Assembly: GCA_017620255.1 (NCBI GenBank)
Contig: JAFZQU010000036.1
Location: forward strand, 30,009-94,008
DNA length: 64,000 nt
Reading direction: 5' to 3'
Origin: Lachnospiraceae bacterium
GTDB taxonomy: Bacteria; Bacillota; Clostridia; Lachnospirales; Lachnospiraceae
Shown here: positions 47,875-57,884 of the stretch, piece by piece
Position numbering within the stretch: the stretch's first letter is position 1
Layout of the letters: each line of letters starts with the position of its first letter
Program-made: the position numbers and the translations under genes
The notes under the pieces: generated by a model
What the model was told of the DNA's origin: nothing
What the model saw: only the letters and a program-made list of their open reading frames with translations
Database searches by the model: none

Positions 47875-50394
47875 ATGAAACGAAAAATCAAAAAAAACCT
47901 TTTGCGTATCGGTGTGTTCCTTTCGGTCTTCTTCCTTTCCATGGCGGTTGCGGAGAAACTCTTAAACCGCGGAAACACGGATATGACGGCTGAAATGGGA
48001 CAGGCGACTCTTCCCATTGTATATATGAACGTCAATGACGAATATGTAAATCCCCTTCATGGCTACACGGTAGACATGGAGGGGAGTTATTTGCGTGGGG
48101 CGATCACGCCGCTGAAAGCCAATCGTGAGGTGGATATCCTGATCGATACTTACGGGGCGATCATCAGTAAGATCGGATACGAAGTACGCAGTAAGGATAT
48201 GCAGCGTCTTATCGAAGATACGGACCTGGACGGATACAAATATGAGAACGACATGATCACGGCAACTCTTCCCATCAAAGATCTGATCGATGATGACAAG
48301 GAATACATGCTCGTGATCAAAGTCACGGACGGTGCGGGTAAGGTGACGAAGTACTATACGCGCATCATCAACAAGTCCGAACTCTACCTGACCGACAAAT
48401 TCGGCTTTGTGAAAGATTTTTCCGCAAAGACCTTTGACAAGGTCGCGGCCAGGGAATTGAAGACCTATATGGAGACCAACGCGGAAGGGGACAATTCCAG
48501 CTACGGCTATGTGAATATCCACTCCAACTTCAACCAGCTGACGTGGGGAGAACTCCAGCCGATCGTTTCTTCGGAAAAGGAACTGTACCTTCTGGAAGTG
48601 GATTCCTTAAACGCCTGCATCGAACTGTGCTATCGCGTATTTATCAAAAACGAATACTACAATGTGAAAGAATATTTCCGGATCCGCAGGGGGCAGGAGC
48701 GGATTTATCTGATGGAATATGAAAGACATATGAATCAGGTGTTTGACGAGGATAAGAATGTACTCGTCAACGGAAAGATCCTGCACGGCATCCTGGACGA
48801 GAAACTGCAGTGGAAGGAAAACAAGGCTGCGAACATTTACTGTTTTGTGCAGCAGAATTCCCTCTATTCTTTCAACATGACAAATAATAACCTCTCCAAG
48901 GTCTTCTCCTTCTATGACAAGGACAACAATGATCTGCGCACCAGATATGATGCACACGGGGTCAAGATCCTGTCGCTCGATGATGCCGGCAACATTCTTT
49001 TTCTGGTCTACGGTTACATGAACCGCGGAGATCATGAGGGAGAAGTGGGCGCCTGCATTTATTCCTATGACGGCGGGTTAAATACAGTAGAGGAAGAAAT
49101 GTTCTTCCCTTATACCAAATCCTTCCAGATGCTGAAACAGGATATGACGGCACTCAGTTATATCAATAACCGCAATATCTTCTATATGCTGATGGACGGT
49201 AGTGTTTACCGCATTAACATGGAATCCAAAAAGATCGAAGTGATCGCGTCGAATCTCGATGACAACCGCTTTGTATCGTCGGAAGACAATAGCATGATCG
49301 CCTGGCAGGAAGACGGTTCGGATGCGATCCAATTGTTCTCGTTGAACACAGCAAGCCCTGTGGTGATCACGTCCGATCCCGGAGAGACCATCGTACCGCT
49401 CGGATTTATGGATTCGGATCTGATCTACGGCTGTGCGAGATTATCCGAAGTGACGACGGATATGTCGGGCAGTACGGTCGTACCGATGTATGCCGTTTTG
49501 ATCCGGAACATAACGGACGGGATCCTGAAAGAATACAGACAGGACGGGGTCTATATGCTCGGGATCGAAGTGGAAGATAATATGATCACACTTGACAGGG
49601 CAGTCTATAATGTGGAACTCGGATACTATGTGGAGACCGAGCCGGATCAGATCATGAACAACCAGAGCGCGCATGAGACGAAAAACAAATACACCAGCGT
49701 CGTGACGGAAGAGATGGAGACCACCTACCAGACGGTCCTTGCAAAAGAACCCGCAAACAATACACTGAAGAAACTGTCGCCCAAGCATGTCATTTTTGAA
49801 GGCAGCAGGGATATCGAACTGGAGGCGGAAGACGACAGGGAGCGGTATTATGTGTATGTGATGGGCGCGATCGTCGGCATCTATGCGGATCCGGCCGAAG
49901 CGATCAACCGCGCCGCGGAATCGTTCGGCGTGGTCGTGGACAGAAAGGATTCCTATATCTGGCAGAGCGGCAACCGTTATCTTGCGAAACAGATCAAGGG
50001 ACTTGAGACAAATGGCGTGGACGGGATGCGTACTTCTACCGCCTGCTGTGTGGATGAAGTACTGAAACTGCAGGGGATCTATCTGGATGCAAGAACGATG
50101 ATGCAGGGACGTACCGTCTTATCCGTTCTGAAAGAAAACCTGCCCGATGAAATGGTGCTTGACCTGACCGGCTGCTCGCTGGATGCGGTGCAGTACTATA
50201 TCAGTTGCGGGAATCCGGTGATCGCCATGGTCGAAGCGGATGAAGCCGTCCTGCTTACGGGATACGACAGCCAGAACGTTACGATCTACGATCCGAGACA
50301 GGGCCTGCAGGATAAGTACGGCCGGATAGAAGTGGAAGACTGGCTCAGACAAAACGGAAACAGATTTGTTTCCTTTATTCATACAAAACAATAA
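47875..50394 (+). CDS. hypothetical membrane-anchored protein (839 aa) with possible degenerate C39-like/papain-like C-terminal domain
   Basis: N-terminal signal-anchor LLRIGVFLSVFFLSMAV. The large extracytoplasmic body has no motif I recognise. The C-terminal ~150 aa (STACCVDEVL.., NPVIAMVE.., VLLTGYDSQNVTIYDP) recall C39-like peptidase domains. Confidence 0.5.
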   Translation: MKRKIKKNLLRIGVFLSVFFLSMAVAEKLLNRGNTDMTAEMGQATLPIVYMNVNDEYVNPLHGYTVDMEGSYLRGAITPLKANREVDILIDTYGAIISKIGYEVRSKDMQRLIEDTDLDGYKYENDMITATLPIKDLIDDDKEYMLVIKVTDGAGKVTKYYTRIINKSELYLTDKFGFVKDFSAKTFDKVAARELKTYMETNAEGDNSSYGYVNIHSNFNQLTWGELQPIVSSEKELYLLEVDSLNACIELCYRVFIKNEYYNVKEYFRIRRGQERIYLMEYERHMNQVFDEDKNVLVNGKILHGILDEKLQWKENKAANIYCFVQQNSLYSFNMTNNNLSKVFSFYDKDNNDLRTRYDAHGVKILSLDDAGNILFLVYGYMNRGDHEGEVGACIYSYDGGLNTVEEEMFFPYTKSFQMLKQDMTALSYINNRNIFYMLMDGSVYRINMESKKIEVIASNLDDNRFVSSEDNSMIAWQEDGSDAIQLFSLNTASPVVITSDPGETIVPLGFMDSDLIYGCARLSEVTTDMSGSTVVPMYAVLIRNITDGILKEYRQDGVYMLGIEVEDNMITLDRAVYNVELGYYVETEPDQIMNNQSAHETKNKYTSVVTEEMETTYQTVLAKEPANNTLKKLSPKHVIFEGSRDIELEAEDDRERYYVYVMGAIVGIYADPAEAINRAAESFGVVVDRKDSYIWQSGNRYLAKQIKGLETNGVDGMRTSTACCVDEVLKLQGIYLDARTMMQGRTVLSVLKENLPDEMVLDLTGCSLDAVQYYISCGNPVIAMVEADEAVLLTGYDSQNVTIYDPRQGLQDKYGRIEVEDWLRQNGNRFVSFIHTKQ

Positions 50395-50413
50395 ATCCGA
50401 AGGGAGATCAAAC

Positions 50414-51529
50414 ATGGACGCAAGGATCATAAAACTGGCACAGAATCTGGTGCATTATTCCTGTGAGGTAAAACCGGGCGATAAGGTGTATATCCATTAT
50501 ATCGGTAACGCCACAAAGGAACTGGCAAGGGCACTGGTCAAGGAGGTATATCAGACCGGAGGCGTTCCGTTCATACATTTTGAAGACCCGCAGATGCGAC
50601 GCGAAATGATCTTACACTGCTCAGAGGAACAGATGAAACTCAGGGCAGAGATCGACGGCGCAGAAATGAAAAAAATGGACTGCTATATAGGGATCCGCGG
50701 AACCGACAATGTATCGGAACTTGCGGATGTGCCTTCCGAAAAAATGGCTATCTATGAGAAGTATTATGCCAACGAAGTGCACGGAAAGATCCGTGTGCCG
50801 CACACGCGCTGGGTGATCCTGCGTTATCCCAATGCCGCCATGGCACAGCTGAACAACACCAGCCAGGAAGCGTTTGAGGATTTCTTCTTTGACGTATGTA
50901 CCATGGATTATTCCAAAATGGGAAAAGCCATGAAGAATCTTGTGGACCTCATGAACAAAACAGACCGTGTGCGTCTGACCGGTCCCGGTACGGATCTGTC
51001 CTTTTCCATCAAAGACATTCCGGCCATTCCCTGCGACGGCAAACTGAACATTCCGGACGGAGAAGTGTTCACGGCGCCTGTCAGGGATTCCGTTAACGGT
51101 GTGATCACTTACAATACACCATCATTGTATCAGGGCTATACATATGAAAACGTATCCTTAACCTTTGAGAACGGCAAGATCGTCAAGGCGGAAAGCAACA
51201 ACACGGAAAAGATCAATCAGGTGTTTGATACGGACGAAGGAAGCAGATATGTGGGTGAATTTGCGATCGGCGTGAACCCTTATGTGCTCACGCCGATGAA
51301 AGATATCCTGTTTGATGAAAAAATCATGGGATCGATCCATTTCACGCCCGGAAAGTGCTATGACGAGGCACCAAACGGAAATACCTCGGCGATCCACTGG
51401 GATCTGGTACTGATCCAGACAGAAGAATACGGCGGCGGGGAGATCTGGTTTGATGATGTCCTGATCCGCAAAAACGGCCGGTTTGTGCTGCCGGAACTGG
51501 ATGTCCTGAATCCCGAGAACCTGAAATGA
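50414..51529 (+). CDS. aminopeptidase, M29 family (AmpS/PepS type)
   Basis: ORF 50366..51529. The ATG at 50414 follows GAAGGGAG. KLAQNLVHYSCEVKPGDKV, IPDGEVFTAP and HWDLV blocks typical of M29. Confidence 0.85.
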   Translation: MDARIIKLAQNLVHYSCEVKPGDKVYIHYIGNATKELARALVKEVYQTGGVPFIHFEDPQMRREMILHCSEEQMKLRAEIDGAEMKKMDCYIGIRGTDNVSELADVPSEKMAIYEKYYANEVHGKIRVPHTRWVILRYPNAAMAQLNNTSQEAFEDFFFDVCTMDYSKMGKAMKNLVDLMNKTDRVRLTGPGTDLSFSIKDIPAIPCDGKLNIPDGEVFTAPVRDSVNGVITYNTPSLYQGYTYENVSLTFENGKIVKAESNNTEKINQVFDTDEGSRYVGEFAIGVNPYVLTPMKDILFDEKIMGSIHFTPGKCYDEAPNGNTSAIHWDLVLIQTEEYGGGEIWFDDVLIRKNGRFVLPELDVLNPENLK

Positions 51530-52111
51530 TCATTCTTCTGTATTCCCGCTTCTGCGCATGACGCGGTGAAAAGCAGGGAACAGCAGGATACCGAACACGT
51601 AACCGGAGATCACTTCTCCGAGAAAAACCGTGATCGTAAACAGAATATATGCGCTTTGGAACGGATAGATCTTATCCGTGATCAGCGAAACATCCGAAAG
51701 GCCCATGCCGTATACATAGATCAGGATCGGCGGGACGATGAGCGTGTTGCTGATCACATTCGGAACGGGCGATAAAAGCGCCAGACGCTTATAGGCTTTG
51801 CTGTCAGCAGCAAGGCCTTTTGCTTTGGTTCCGATCCATGCGCAGACGAGTGCTCCGATCAGCGTGGCAAAGCTGCCGAATACGATATCCCAGGGTGCGC
51901 AGCCTGTGATCAGGTTGGCAAGGATACAGCCGATATAGAGCCCGATGCTGAGCGAGGGGGAAAAGAAAGGAAGCACACAGAGTGCTTCGGAGATCCTGAC
52001 CTGGATGATCCCGCTTGCCAGTCCCAGACTGTTTGAGAGGATGGTCAGAACAACATAGAGCGCGGCTACTGCAGCTGCCTGCACCATCCGCACGGGGTTG
52101 AAAGTTTTCAT
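51530..52111 (-). CDS. queT: queuosine-precursor transporter QueT (ECF S-component-like)
   Basis: Hydrophobic 193-aa protein with the QueT-like block IQVRISEALCVLPFF. It is preceded by a preQ1-I riboswitch. Confidence 0.8.
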   Translation of the reverse strand: MKTFNPVRMVQAAAVAALYVVLTILSNSLGLASGIIQVRISEALCVLPFFSPSLSIGLYIGCILANLITGCAPWDIVFGSFATLIGALVCAWIGTKAKGLAADSKAYKRLALLSPVPNVISNTLIVPPILIYVYGMGLSDVSLITDKIYPFQSAYILFTITVFLGEVISGYVFGILLFPAFHRVMRRSGNTEE

Positions 52112-52118
52112 GAATTGT

Positions 52119-52162
52119 CTCCTTTAGTTTTGTTTTAAGTGAGGAAGGTCTCGAACTCACTG
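52119..52162 (-). promoter_or_regulatory. preQ1-I riboswitch
   Basis: Minus strand reads CAGUGAG-UUCGAGACCUUC-CUCACU-UAAAACAAAACUAAAGGAG. This is a 5-6 bp P1 stem, a loop starting UUC, and an A-rich tail running into the SD, closely paralleling the B. subtilis queC and T. tengcongensis aptamers. Confidence 0.8.
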
Positions 52163-52171
52163 TGCCTGTAT

Positions 52172-52200
52172 ATGATAAGGGGGATGCGGCGTTATGTCAA
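52172..52200 (-). promoter_or_regulatory. sigma-A-type promoter for riboswitch-queT
   Basis: Minus-strand reading gives TTGACA (52200..52195), 17-nt spacer, TATCAT (52177..52172). Confidence 0.55.
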
Positions 52201-52234
52201 GAAATAAAACGGGATCTGCCATATGGCAGATCCC
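52201..52234 (-). terminator. intrinsic terminator after spoVG
   Basis: Perfect palindrome GGGATCTGCCAT/ATGGCAGATCCC (52211..52234), followed on the minus strand by GTTTTATTTC. Confidence 0.8.
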
Positions 52235-52262
52235 TTCCTCCCAATACTGCAAATATGCAGTC

Positions 52263-52529
52263 TCAAGGATCCTCTTTAAGAGAATCCTCATAAGCTTTTA
52301 GGATCAGCGCCTGCAGGCTTTCTCTGGACTGTGTGCTGATCGGATGTGCAATGTCCCGGTATTCGCCTTCGGCGGTCTTGCGGGAAGGCATTGCGATGAA
52401 CAGGCCCTTATCGCCGTCAATGACTTTGATATCGTGCACTACAAATTCATTGTCAAACGTAATGGATACAACAGCTTTCATCTTTCCTTCTTTGGTTACT
52501 TTACGTACGCGGATGTCGGTAATGTTCAT
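52263..52529 (-). CDS. spoVG: septation/sporulation regulator SpoVG
   Basis: [44 protein letters not shown]. Confidence 0.95.
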   Translation of the reverse strand: MNITDIRVRKVTKEGKMKAVVSITFDNEFVVHDIKVIDGDKGLFIAMPSRKTAEGEYRDIAHPISTQSRESLQALILKAYEDSLKEDP

Positions 52530-52555
52530 GGATCTTCCTCCTTTTGATTGCCGAA

Positions 52556-53674
52556 TTAAAATACGTATCTTTCGCTGTTCTCCAGGACGACCTGAATGCC
52601 GTCCTCTCCCTTGAAATAGGAATCGGCGCGGATCGTTCCGCGGCTTTCCACAATGCAGTTTTCAATGTGTGTGTTGTTGCCGATATACACGTCGTTCAGA
52701 ATGATGGAATTCTTGATCACACAGTTGTTACCGATGAATACTTTCTTAAAGATCACGGAATCTTCCACCGTTCCGTTGATGATGCTTCCGCTTGCAATCA
52801 GGGAGTTCCTGACGTTGGATCCGACATTGTATTTGGCCGGCGGGAGATCATCGACTTTTGAATAGACCTCCGGATACTGTCTGAAGAAGTAATCGCGCAC
52901 TTCGGGTTTCAGGAAGTCCATATTGGTCTGATAGTAGGATTCCACGGAAGCGATGTTGCTCCAGTATCCTTCATGTTTATAAGCGTAAATGTTCTTCAGG
53001 TCCTTGTAACGGATCAGGATATCCCTTACGAAATCAAAGCGGTCTTCCGCGGCACACTTCTCGATCAGGTCGATCAGAAGGCGGCGTCTGACAACATAGA
53101 TCCCGCAGGAAATGGTGTTGGTCTTTGCAACGATCGGTTTCTCCTCGAAATCGGTAATGCGGCCGTCCTCATTGACGCTCACAAAACCGAACCGTTCGCA
53201 TTCCCCGTCGATATGGATATCCTTGCAGACCACTGTGATGTCCGCGTTCTTCTCAATATGGAAATCCAGAACCTTGTTGTAATCCATCTTATAGATGCCG
53301 TCTCCGCTGACGATCACAACATAGGGCTCATGGCTCTGCTTTAAGAATGCAAGATTCTGATAGATGGAATCCGCGGTGCCGCGGTACCAGAAATTATTAT
53401 CCTGTGTCACGGTCGGTGTGAAGACAAACAGACCGCCCTGTTTACGTCCGAAGTCCCACCACTTGCTGGAACTTAAATGTTCGTTCAGACTGCGAGCGTT
53501 GTATTGCGTCAATACGCCCACCTTGGAGATGTGGGAAAATGACATATTCGAAAGAGAAAAATCAATGCTGCGGAAACTTCCCGCGATCGGCATGGCCGAT
53601 ACGGCTCTTTTCTGGGAAAGTTCCTTCATTCTGAAATTATTGCCCCCGGCTAATACAACTCCTATTGCTTTCAT
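52556..53674 (-). CDS. glgD: glucose-1-phosphate adenylyltransferase subunit GlgD
   Basis: Paralogue of GlgC with a degenerate N-terminal nucleotide loop ([14 protein letters not shown]) and a left-handed beta-helix C-terminus. It overlaps the glgC end by 4 nt. Confidence 0.85.
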   Translation of the reverse strand: MKAIGVVLAGGNNFRMKELSQKRAVSAMPIAGSFRSIDFSLSNMSFSHISKVGVLTQYNARSLNEHLSSSKWWDFGRKQGGLFVFTPTVTQDNNFWYRGTADSIYQNLAFLKQSHEPYVVIVSGDGIYKMDYNKVLDFHIEKNADITVVCKDIHIDGECERFGFVSVNEDGRITDFEEKPIVAKTNTISCGIYVVRRRLLIDLIEKCAAEDRFDFVRDILIRYKDLKNIYAYKHEGYWSNIASVESYYQTNMDFLKPEVRDYFFRQYPEVYSKVDDLPPAKYNVGSNVRNSLIASGSIINGTVEDSVIFKKVFIGNNCVIKNSIILNDVYIGNNTHIENCIVESRGTIRADSYFKGEDGIQVVLENSERYVF

Positions 53675-54945
53675 ACCTGTTCTCCTGTCTTGATTAATGA
53701 TTTGCCGCTTCCGAGCACACCGTCTTCATAATCGGATTCCTTGGTCTCCCCGGAGATCACGCTGTTCTTGCCGACGCGGATGTTCTCGGGAATGACGGAA
53801 TCCTCACCGACGGTAACGAGACCGTTCGTGTAAATGTGCGGATCTGTCTCATTGGGGGCTTCATCAAAGGTTCCCAGGATACATCCACTGCCGATCGTGG
53901 TATTTTCTGCAATGATGGATTTATTCAGTTCACAGTTTTCCTTGATGACTGCGTTGTTCATGATGATGGAATCCCGGATCACGGTGTCTTTTCCGATCGT
54001 GACGTTGCAGCCGATCACGGAGTTGTAGACTTTGCCGTAGACCTCCGTACCCTCACCGATGATACTGCGTTCGACAACGCTGTCGGCGGAAATGTACTGC
54101 GGCGGTATGGCGTTGTTTTTGGTATAGATACGCCAGTACTCTTCGTAAAGGTTGAATTCCGGAACGATATCGATCAGTTCCATGTTGGCTTCCCAGTAGG
54201 AATTCAGTGTACCGACATCCTTCCAGTAGCCGTTGTATTCATAGGCAAACAGGCGCGCCCCTTTTTCGTGGCAGAAGGGGATGACGTGTTTGCCGAAATC
54301 AAGCGCCGGCTGTTCCGCTTTGGCGATCAGCGCTTTCTTAAGGGTCTTCCAGTTGAAGATGTAGATACCCATCGAAGCGAGATTGGACCGCGGGTTCTCG
54401 GGCTTTTCTTCAAAATCATTGATCTGGCGGTTCTCATCCGTGATCAGGATACCGAAACGTTTGGCTTCCTCATAAGGAACCGGCATGGCCGCAATGGTCA
54501 CATCCGCCTTATTGGCCTTGTGGAAGTCCAGCATGACTTCGTAATCCATTTTATAGATATGGTCACCCGAAAGGATCAAAACATAATCGGGGTTGAACAT
54601 TTCCATATAAGTCATATTCTGGTAAATGGCATTGGCTGTTCCGGTGTACCATTCACTGTTCCCGCTCTTCTCGTACGGCGGCAGCACAGTCACACCGCCC
54701 ACGTTCCGGTCAAGGTCCCAGGGGATCCCGATCCCGATGTGCGTATTCAGACGGAGAGGCTGATACTGTGTCAAGACACCTACTGTATCGATTCCCGAAT
54801 TGATACAGTTGCTCAACGGAAAGTCAATGATACGGTACTTGCCGCCGAAAGAAACGGCGGGTTTGGCGACTTTGGATGTGAGTACGCCCAAACGCGAGCC
54901 CTGACCACCGGCCAGAAGCATGGCAATCATCTCTTTTTTAATCAT
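53671..54945 (-). CDS. glgC: glucose-1-phosphate adenylyltransferase
   Basis: [29 protein letters not shown] and [12 protein letters not shown] blocks. Confidence 0.95.
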   Translation of the reverse strand: MIKKEMIAMLLAGGQGSRLGVLTSKVAKPAVSFGGKYRIIDFPLSNCINSGIDTVGVLTQYQPLRLNTHIGIGIPWDLDRNVGGVTVLPPYEKSGNSEWYTGTANAIYQNMTYMEMFNPDYVLILSGDHIYKMDYEVMLDFHKANKADVTIAAMPVPYEEAKRFGILITDENRQINDFEEKPENPRSNLASMGIYIFNWKTLKKALIAKAEQPALDFGKHVIPFCHEKGARLFAYEYNGYWKDVGTLNSYWEANMELIDIVPEFNLYEEYWRIYTKNNAIPPQYISADSVVERSIIGEGTEVYGKVYNSVIGCNVTIGKDTVIRDSIIMNNAVIKENCELNKSIIAENTTIGSGCILGTFDEAPNETDPHIYTNGLVTVGEDSVIPENIRVGKNSVISGETKESDYEDGVLGSGKSLIKTGEQV

Positions 54946-55134
54946 CGTGCGCTCCTTATTGCAGTATTGTTTAATAGGTACTTATTATAGCATGCTTTGT
55001 GCAGAAAGTATAGACAGAAAAGCCTTTCGCGGTATTTTTTATGAGTTATTACCAAAAAACGGACCACCTTGTTTTTTCAAAAAATATGTTCTATCCTATA
55101 TATGGTGTTTTGACACAGAGAAAGGAACAAGAAG

Positions 55135-56514
55135 ATGTATCAGATCCATTTTGACAAACCTGTACATGTTCACTTCATCGGGATCGGCGGGATCAGTATG
55201 AGCGGCCTTGCAGAGGTCCTGCACGAGAAGGGATTTCAGGTTTCCGGGTCCGACAATGCAGAGACGGACTTAACGGACAGACTGGCAGAGCAGGGCATGC
55301 GCATTGACTACGGACAACGCGCGGAAAACATCACGGACGATGTGGATCTTGTCGTTTATACGGCAGCCATCCATGAAGACAATCCGGAAATGGCGGAAGT
55401 GATCAGAAGAGGACTGCCGAAGCTGACCAGGGCGGAACTGCTCGGGCAGCTGATGCTGAATTATGAGGTGCCGATCGCCGTTTCGGGAACGCACGGGAAG
55501 ACCACGACCACTTCCATGGTCTCCATGATCTTGCTGGAAGCTGGCATGGATCCCACGATCAGCGTCGGCGGCATGCTGGATGCGATCGGCGGGAATTTAA
55601 GGATCGGGCAGTCCGGGTATTTTGTTACGGAGGCCTGTGAGTATACGAACAGTTTTCTGGATTTTCATCCGAAGATCGGGATCATATTAAATATAGAAGA
55701 AGATCATCTGGATTTCTTCAAAGACATCCATGATATCTATGCTTCTTTCCGGAAGTTTGCGGATCTCCTCGGAAAGGACGGCGTTCTGATCATCAACAGG
55801 GATATCGCGGACTATGAAAAGTTCACGGAGGGCCTGCCCTGCAAGGTGATCACGTTCTCCCTGCACAATACGGACGCGGATTACAGGGCGGATTCCGTCA
55901 GTTATGACGCAGGCGGCAGAGCTTCTTTTCAGGTATATACCGATTATGCACCGCGCAGTTTCAAACTGAACGTGCCCGGTGAGCACAATGTCTGCAATGC
56001 ACTGGCTGCGATCGCGCTGTCGGACGCGCTGAAGATCCCGGAGCAGACGATCGCGGACGGCCTTCTGAAATTTACGGGAACGGACAGGAGATTCCAGATC
56101 AAGGGAAAACTTGGCGGGATCACCATCGTGGACGATTACGCCCACCATCCGACAGAGATAAAGGCGACGCTGAAAGCATGCGACAACTATCCCAAGGAGC
56201 GCGTTGTCTGCGTGTTCCAGCCGCATACCTATTCGCGCACCAAAGCATTTTTCCATGAGTTTGCCAAGGCGCTGTCCCTGGCGGATCTGGTTGTACTCGC
56301 GGACATTTATGCGGCCAGGGAAGTGGATGACCATACGGTCTCTTCGGCAGACCTGATGGAAGAGATCCGTTCGCTTGGCACAGAGTGTTACTATTTCCCC
56401 TCGTTTGACGAGATTGAAAATTTTTTATTGCAAAATTGTATGCACGGCGATCTGTTGATAACTATGGGGGCCGGGGATATCGTAAAAGTCGGCGAGAAAT
56501 TACTGGGGCAGTAA
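55135..56514 (+). CDS. murC: UDP-N-acetylmuramate--L-alanine ligase
   Basis: HFIGIGGISMSGLAEVL and the ATP loop GTHGKTTTTSM. Confidence 0.95.
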   Translation: MYQIHFDKPVHVHFIGIGGISMSGLAEVLHEKGFQVSGSDNAETDLTDRLAEQGMRIDYGQRAENITDDVDLVVYTAAIHEDNPEMAEVIRRGLPKLTRAELLGQLMLNYEVPIAVSGTHGKTTTTSMVSMILLEAGMDPTISVGGMLDAIGGNLRIGQSGYFVTEACEYTNSFLDFHPKIGIILNIEEDHLDFFKDIHDIYASFRKFADLLGKDGVLIINRDIADYEKFTEGLPCKVITFSLHNTDADYRADSVSYDAGGRASFQVYTDYAPRSFKLNVPGEHNVCNALAAIALSDALKIPEQTIADGLLKFTGTDRRFQIKGKLGGITIVDDYAHHPTEIKATLKACDNYPKERVVCVFQPHTYSRTKAFFHEFAKALSLADLVVLADIYAAREVDDHTVSSADLMEEIRSLGTECYYFPSFDEIENFLLQNCMHGDLLITMGAGDIVKVGEKLLGQ

Positions 56515-56515
56515 G

Positions 56516-56685
56516 TTGTCCACAGTATCCACAGCAGGAACGTACAAAACGAACATCTGATCGGTGGATTACTCGCATTAACATAATCAAAATATCCCGG
56601 CGGAAAAAGCCGCCAAGAAACGAGCATTGCCCGGATGACATAATCGGACGACAAAGTTTCATCCACAGAATCCACATTATCCACA
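56516..56685 (+). promoter_or_regulatory. DnaA-box cluster (six 9-mers, five head-to-tail on the same strand)
   Basis: Matches to TTATCCACA are: TTGTCCACA 56516..56524 (1 mismatch), GTATCCACA 56525..56533 (1), reverse-strand TAATCCACC at 56563..56571 (2), TCATCCACA 56659..56667 (1), GAATCCACA 56668..56676 (2), and TTATCCACA 56677..56685 (perfect). Confidence 0.65.
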
Positions 56686-56732
56686 CATGCGAAAAAGCCC
56701 GATTTTATCGCATTTTTGAGTAATTTTAAAGA

Positions 56733-56760
56733 TTGATTTTTCCATTCCGTATGCTATAAT
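56733..56760 (+). promoter_or_regulatory. sigma-A-type promoter (extended -10) for dnaD-like/dnaI
   Basis: TTGATT (56733..56738), 16-nt spacer, TGCTATAAT ending at 56760. Confidence 0.5.
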
Positions 56761-56795
56761 TTTTGGTGCTAATATGAAAAACAGCAGGTGATGGA

Positions 56796-57869
56796 ATGAG
56801 TCAGGTTACTCTGTACGGTGATTGTGTGAGTGGGGCGACGATCCTTTCAAATCGCTTCATTGATATATATATGGGGAATGCAAATGATGCGCAGATCAAG
56901 ATCTATCTGTATCTTCTGCGCTGCATCGGCGGGAATCTGCCGGTGTCGGTTTCGATCATTGCAGACTTTTTCAACTACACGGAAAAAGATGTATTGCGCG
57001 CCTTAAAGTACTGGGAGAAGCAACGGCTTTTGAAGCTTTCTTTCTCGGATACGAAGCAGCTTACGGAGATCCAGCTGCTGCCGATCCAGGCCATCGCTTC
57101 CACGGACCAGTCTGCGCTCAGTGCCGTTACGATCGAGCCGTCCACCGAGGAAAGGATGGATGCGAAAGTGTTCAGACTACCCGAGAAACCCAATTATTCC
57201 AAAGAAAAACTCCTTGATTTCAAAAGCAAACCGGATATCGAGCAGTTTCTGTTTGTCGCGGAACAGTACATGAAAAAGACACTGAACAGCAATGAAGTGG
57301 CTTCTTTCCTGTATATGTACGACGCGCTTGGTTTTGATGCGGATCTGCTGGAATATCTGGTGGAATACTGTGCAAATAACAAAAAGAAGAGCATCCGTTA
57401 CATAGAGTCGGTCGCGAATGCCTGGGCAGCCGCGGGGATCCGTTATGTGGAAGAGGCCAAAGAATATACGCCGGACGTTCCCGACGAGATCTATGAGGTC
57501 TTTAAGGCGTTTGGGATCCGCACGAACAGGATCCCGTTAGAAACGGAGCTGTCCTATGTGCGCAAGTGGAAGAGCGCAGGTTTTTCTGCGGAGCTGATGA
57601 TCGAGGCCTGCACCAGGACCGTGATGGCAACCCACAATCCCAGTTTCGCCTATGCGGACAAGATCTTAAGCAACTGGGAGCTTCAGCACGTACACAGTCT
57701 TTCGGATGTGGAACGCCTGGACGCTGATCACAGGATGGCGGCCGCAAAAGAGCCGAAACAGGAAGAGGGCACTGCCGTCAAAAAGCAGACCGGAAGCACC
57801 AACCGTTTTCAGGATTTCAAACAGAGAACTTACGACTATTCTGCGCTGGAGCAGGAAGCGTTCCAATAA
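56796..57869 (+). CDS. DnaD-domain replication initiation/membrane attachment protein (B. subtilis DnaB/DnaD-like)
   Basis: Winged-helix N-terminus. DnaD-domain block KKSIRYIESVANAWAAAGIRYVEEAKEY and a second repeat ADKILSNWELQHVHS. Directly upstream of dnaI. Confidence 0.8.
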   Translation: MSQVTLYGDCVSGATILSNRFIDIYMGNANDAQIKIYLYLLRCIGGNLPVSVSIIADFFNYTEKDVLRALKYWEKQRLLKLSFSDTKQLTEIQLLPIQAIASTDQSALSAVTIEPSTEERMDAKVFRLPEKPNYSKEKLLDFKSKPDIEQFLFVAEQYMKKTLNSNEVASFLYMYDALGFDADLLEYLVEYCANNKKKSIRYIESVANAWAAAGIRYVEEAKEYTPDVPDEIYEVFKAFGIRTNRIPLETELSYVRKWKSAGFSAELMIEACTRTVMATHNPSFAYADKILSNWELQHVHSLSDVERLDADHRMAAAKEPKQEEGTAVKKQTGSTNRFQDFKQRTYDYSALEQEAFQ

Positions 57870-57884
57870 GGATGGGAATGAAAT

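Noticed and set aside
53836-54990. 384-aa plus-strand ORF
   Set aside because: It is antisense to glgC, which has unambiguous ADP-glucose pyrophosphorylase motifs. It is a shadow ORF.
56516-56685. DnaA boxes as the chromosomal origin (oriC)
   Set aside because: There is no dnaA, dnaN or rpmH adjacency. I could not identify an obvious DnaA-trio/GC-cluster unwinding module. A normal promoter for dnaD-like/dnaI follows. It is kept as a regulatory or titration cluster instead.
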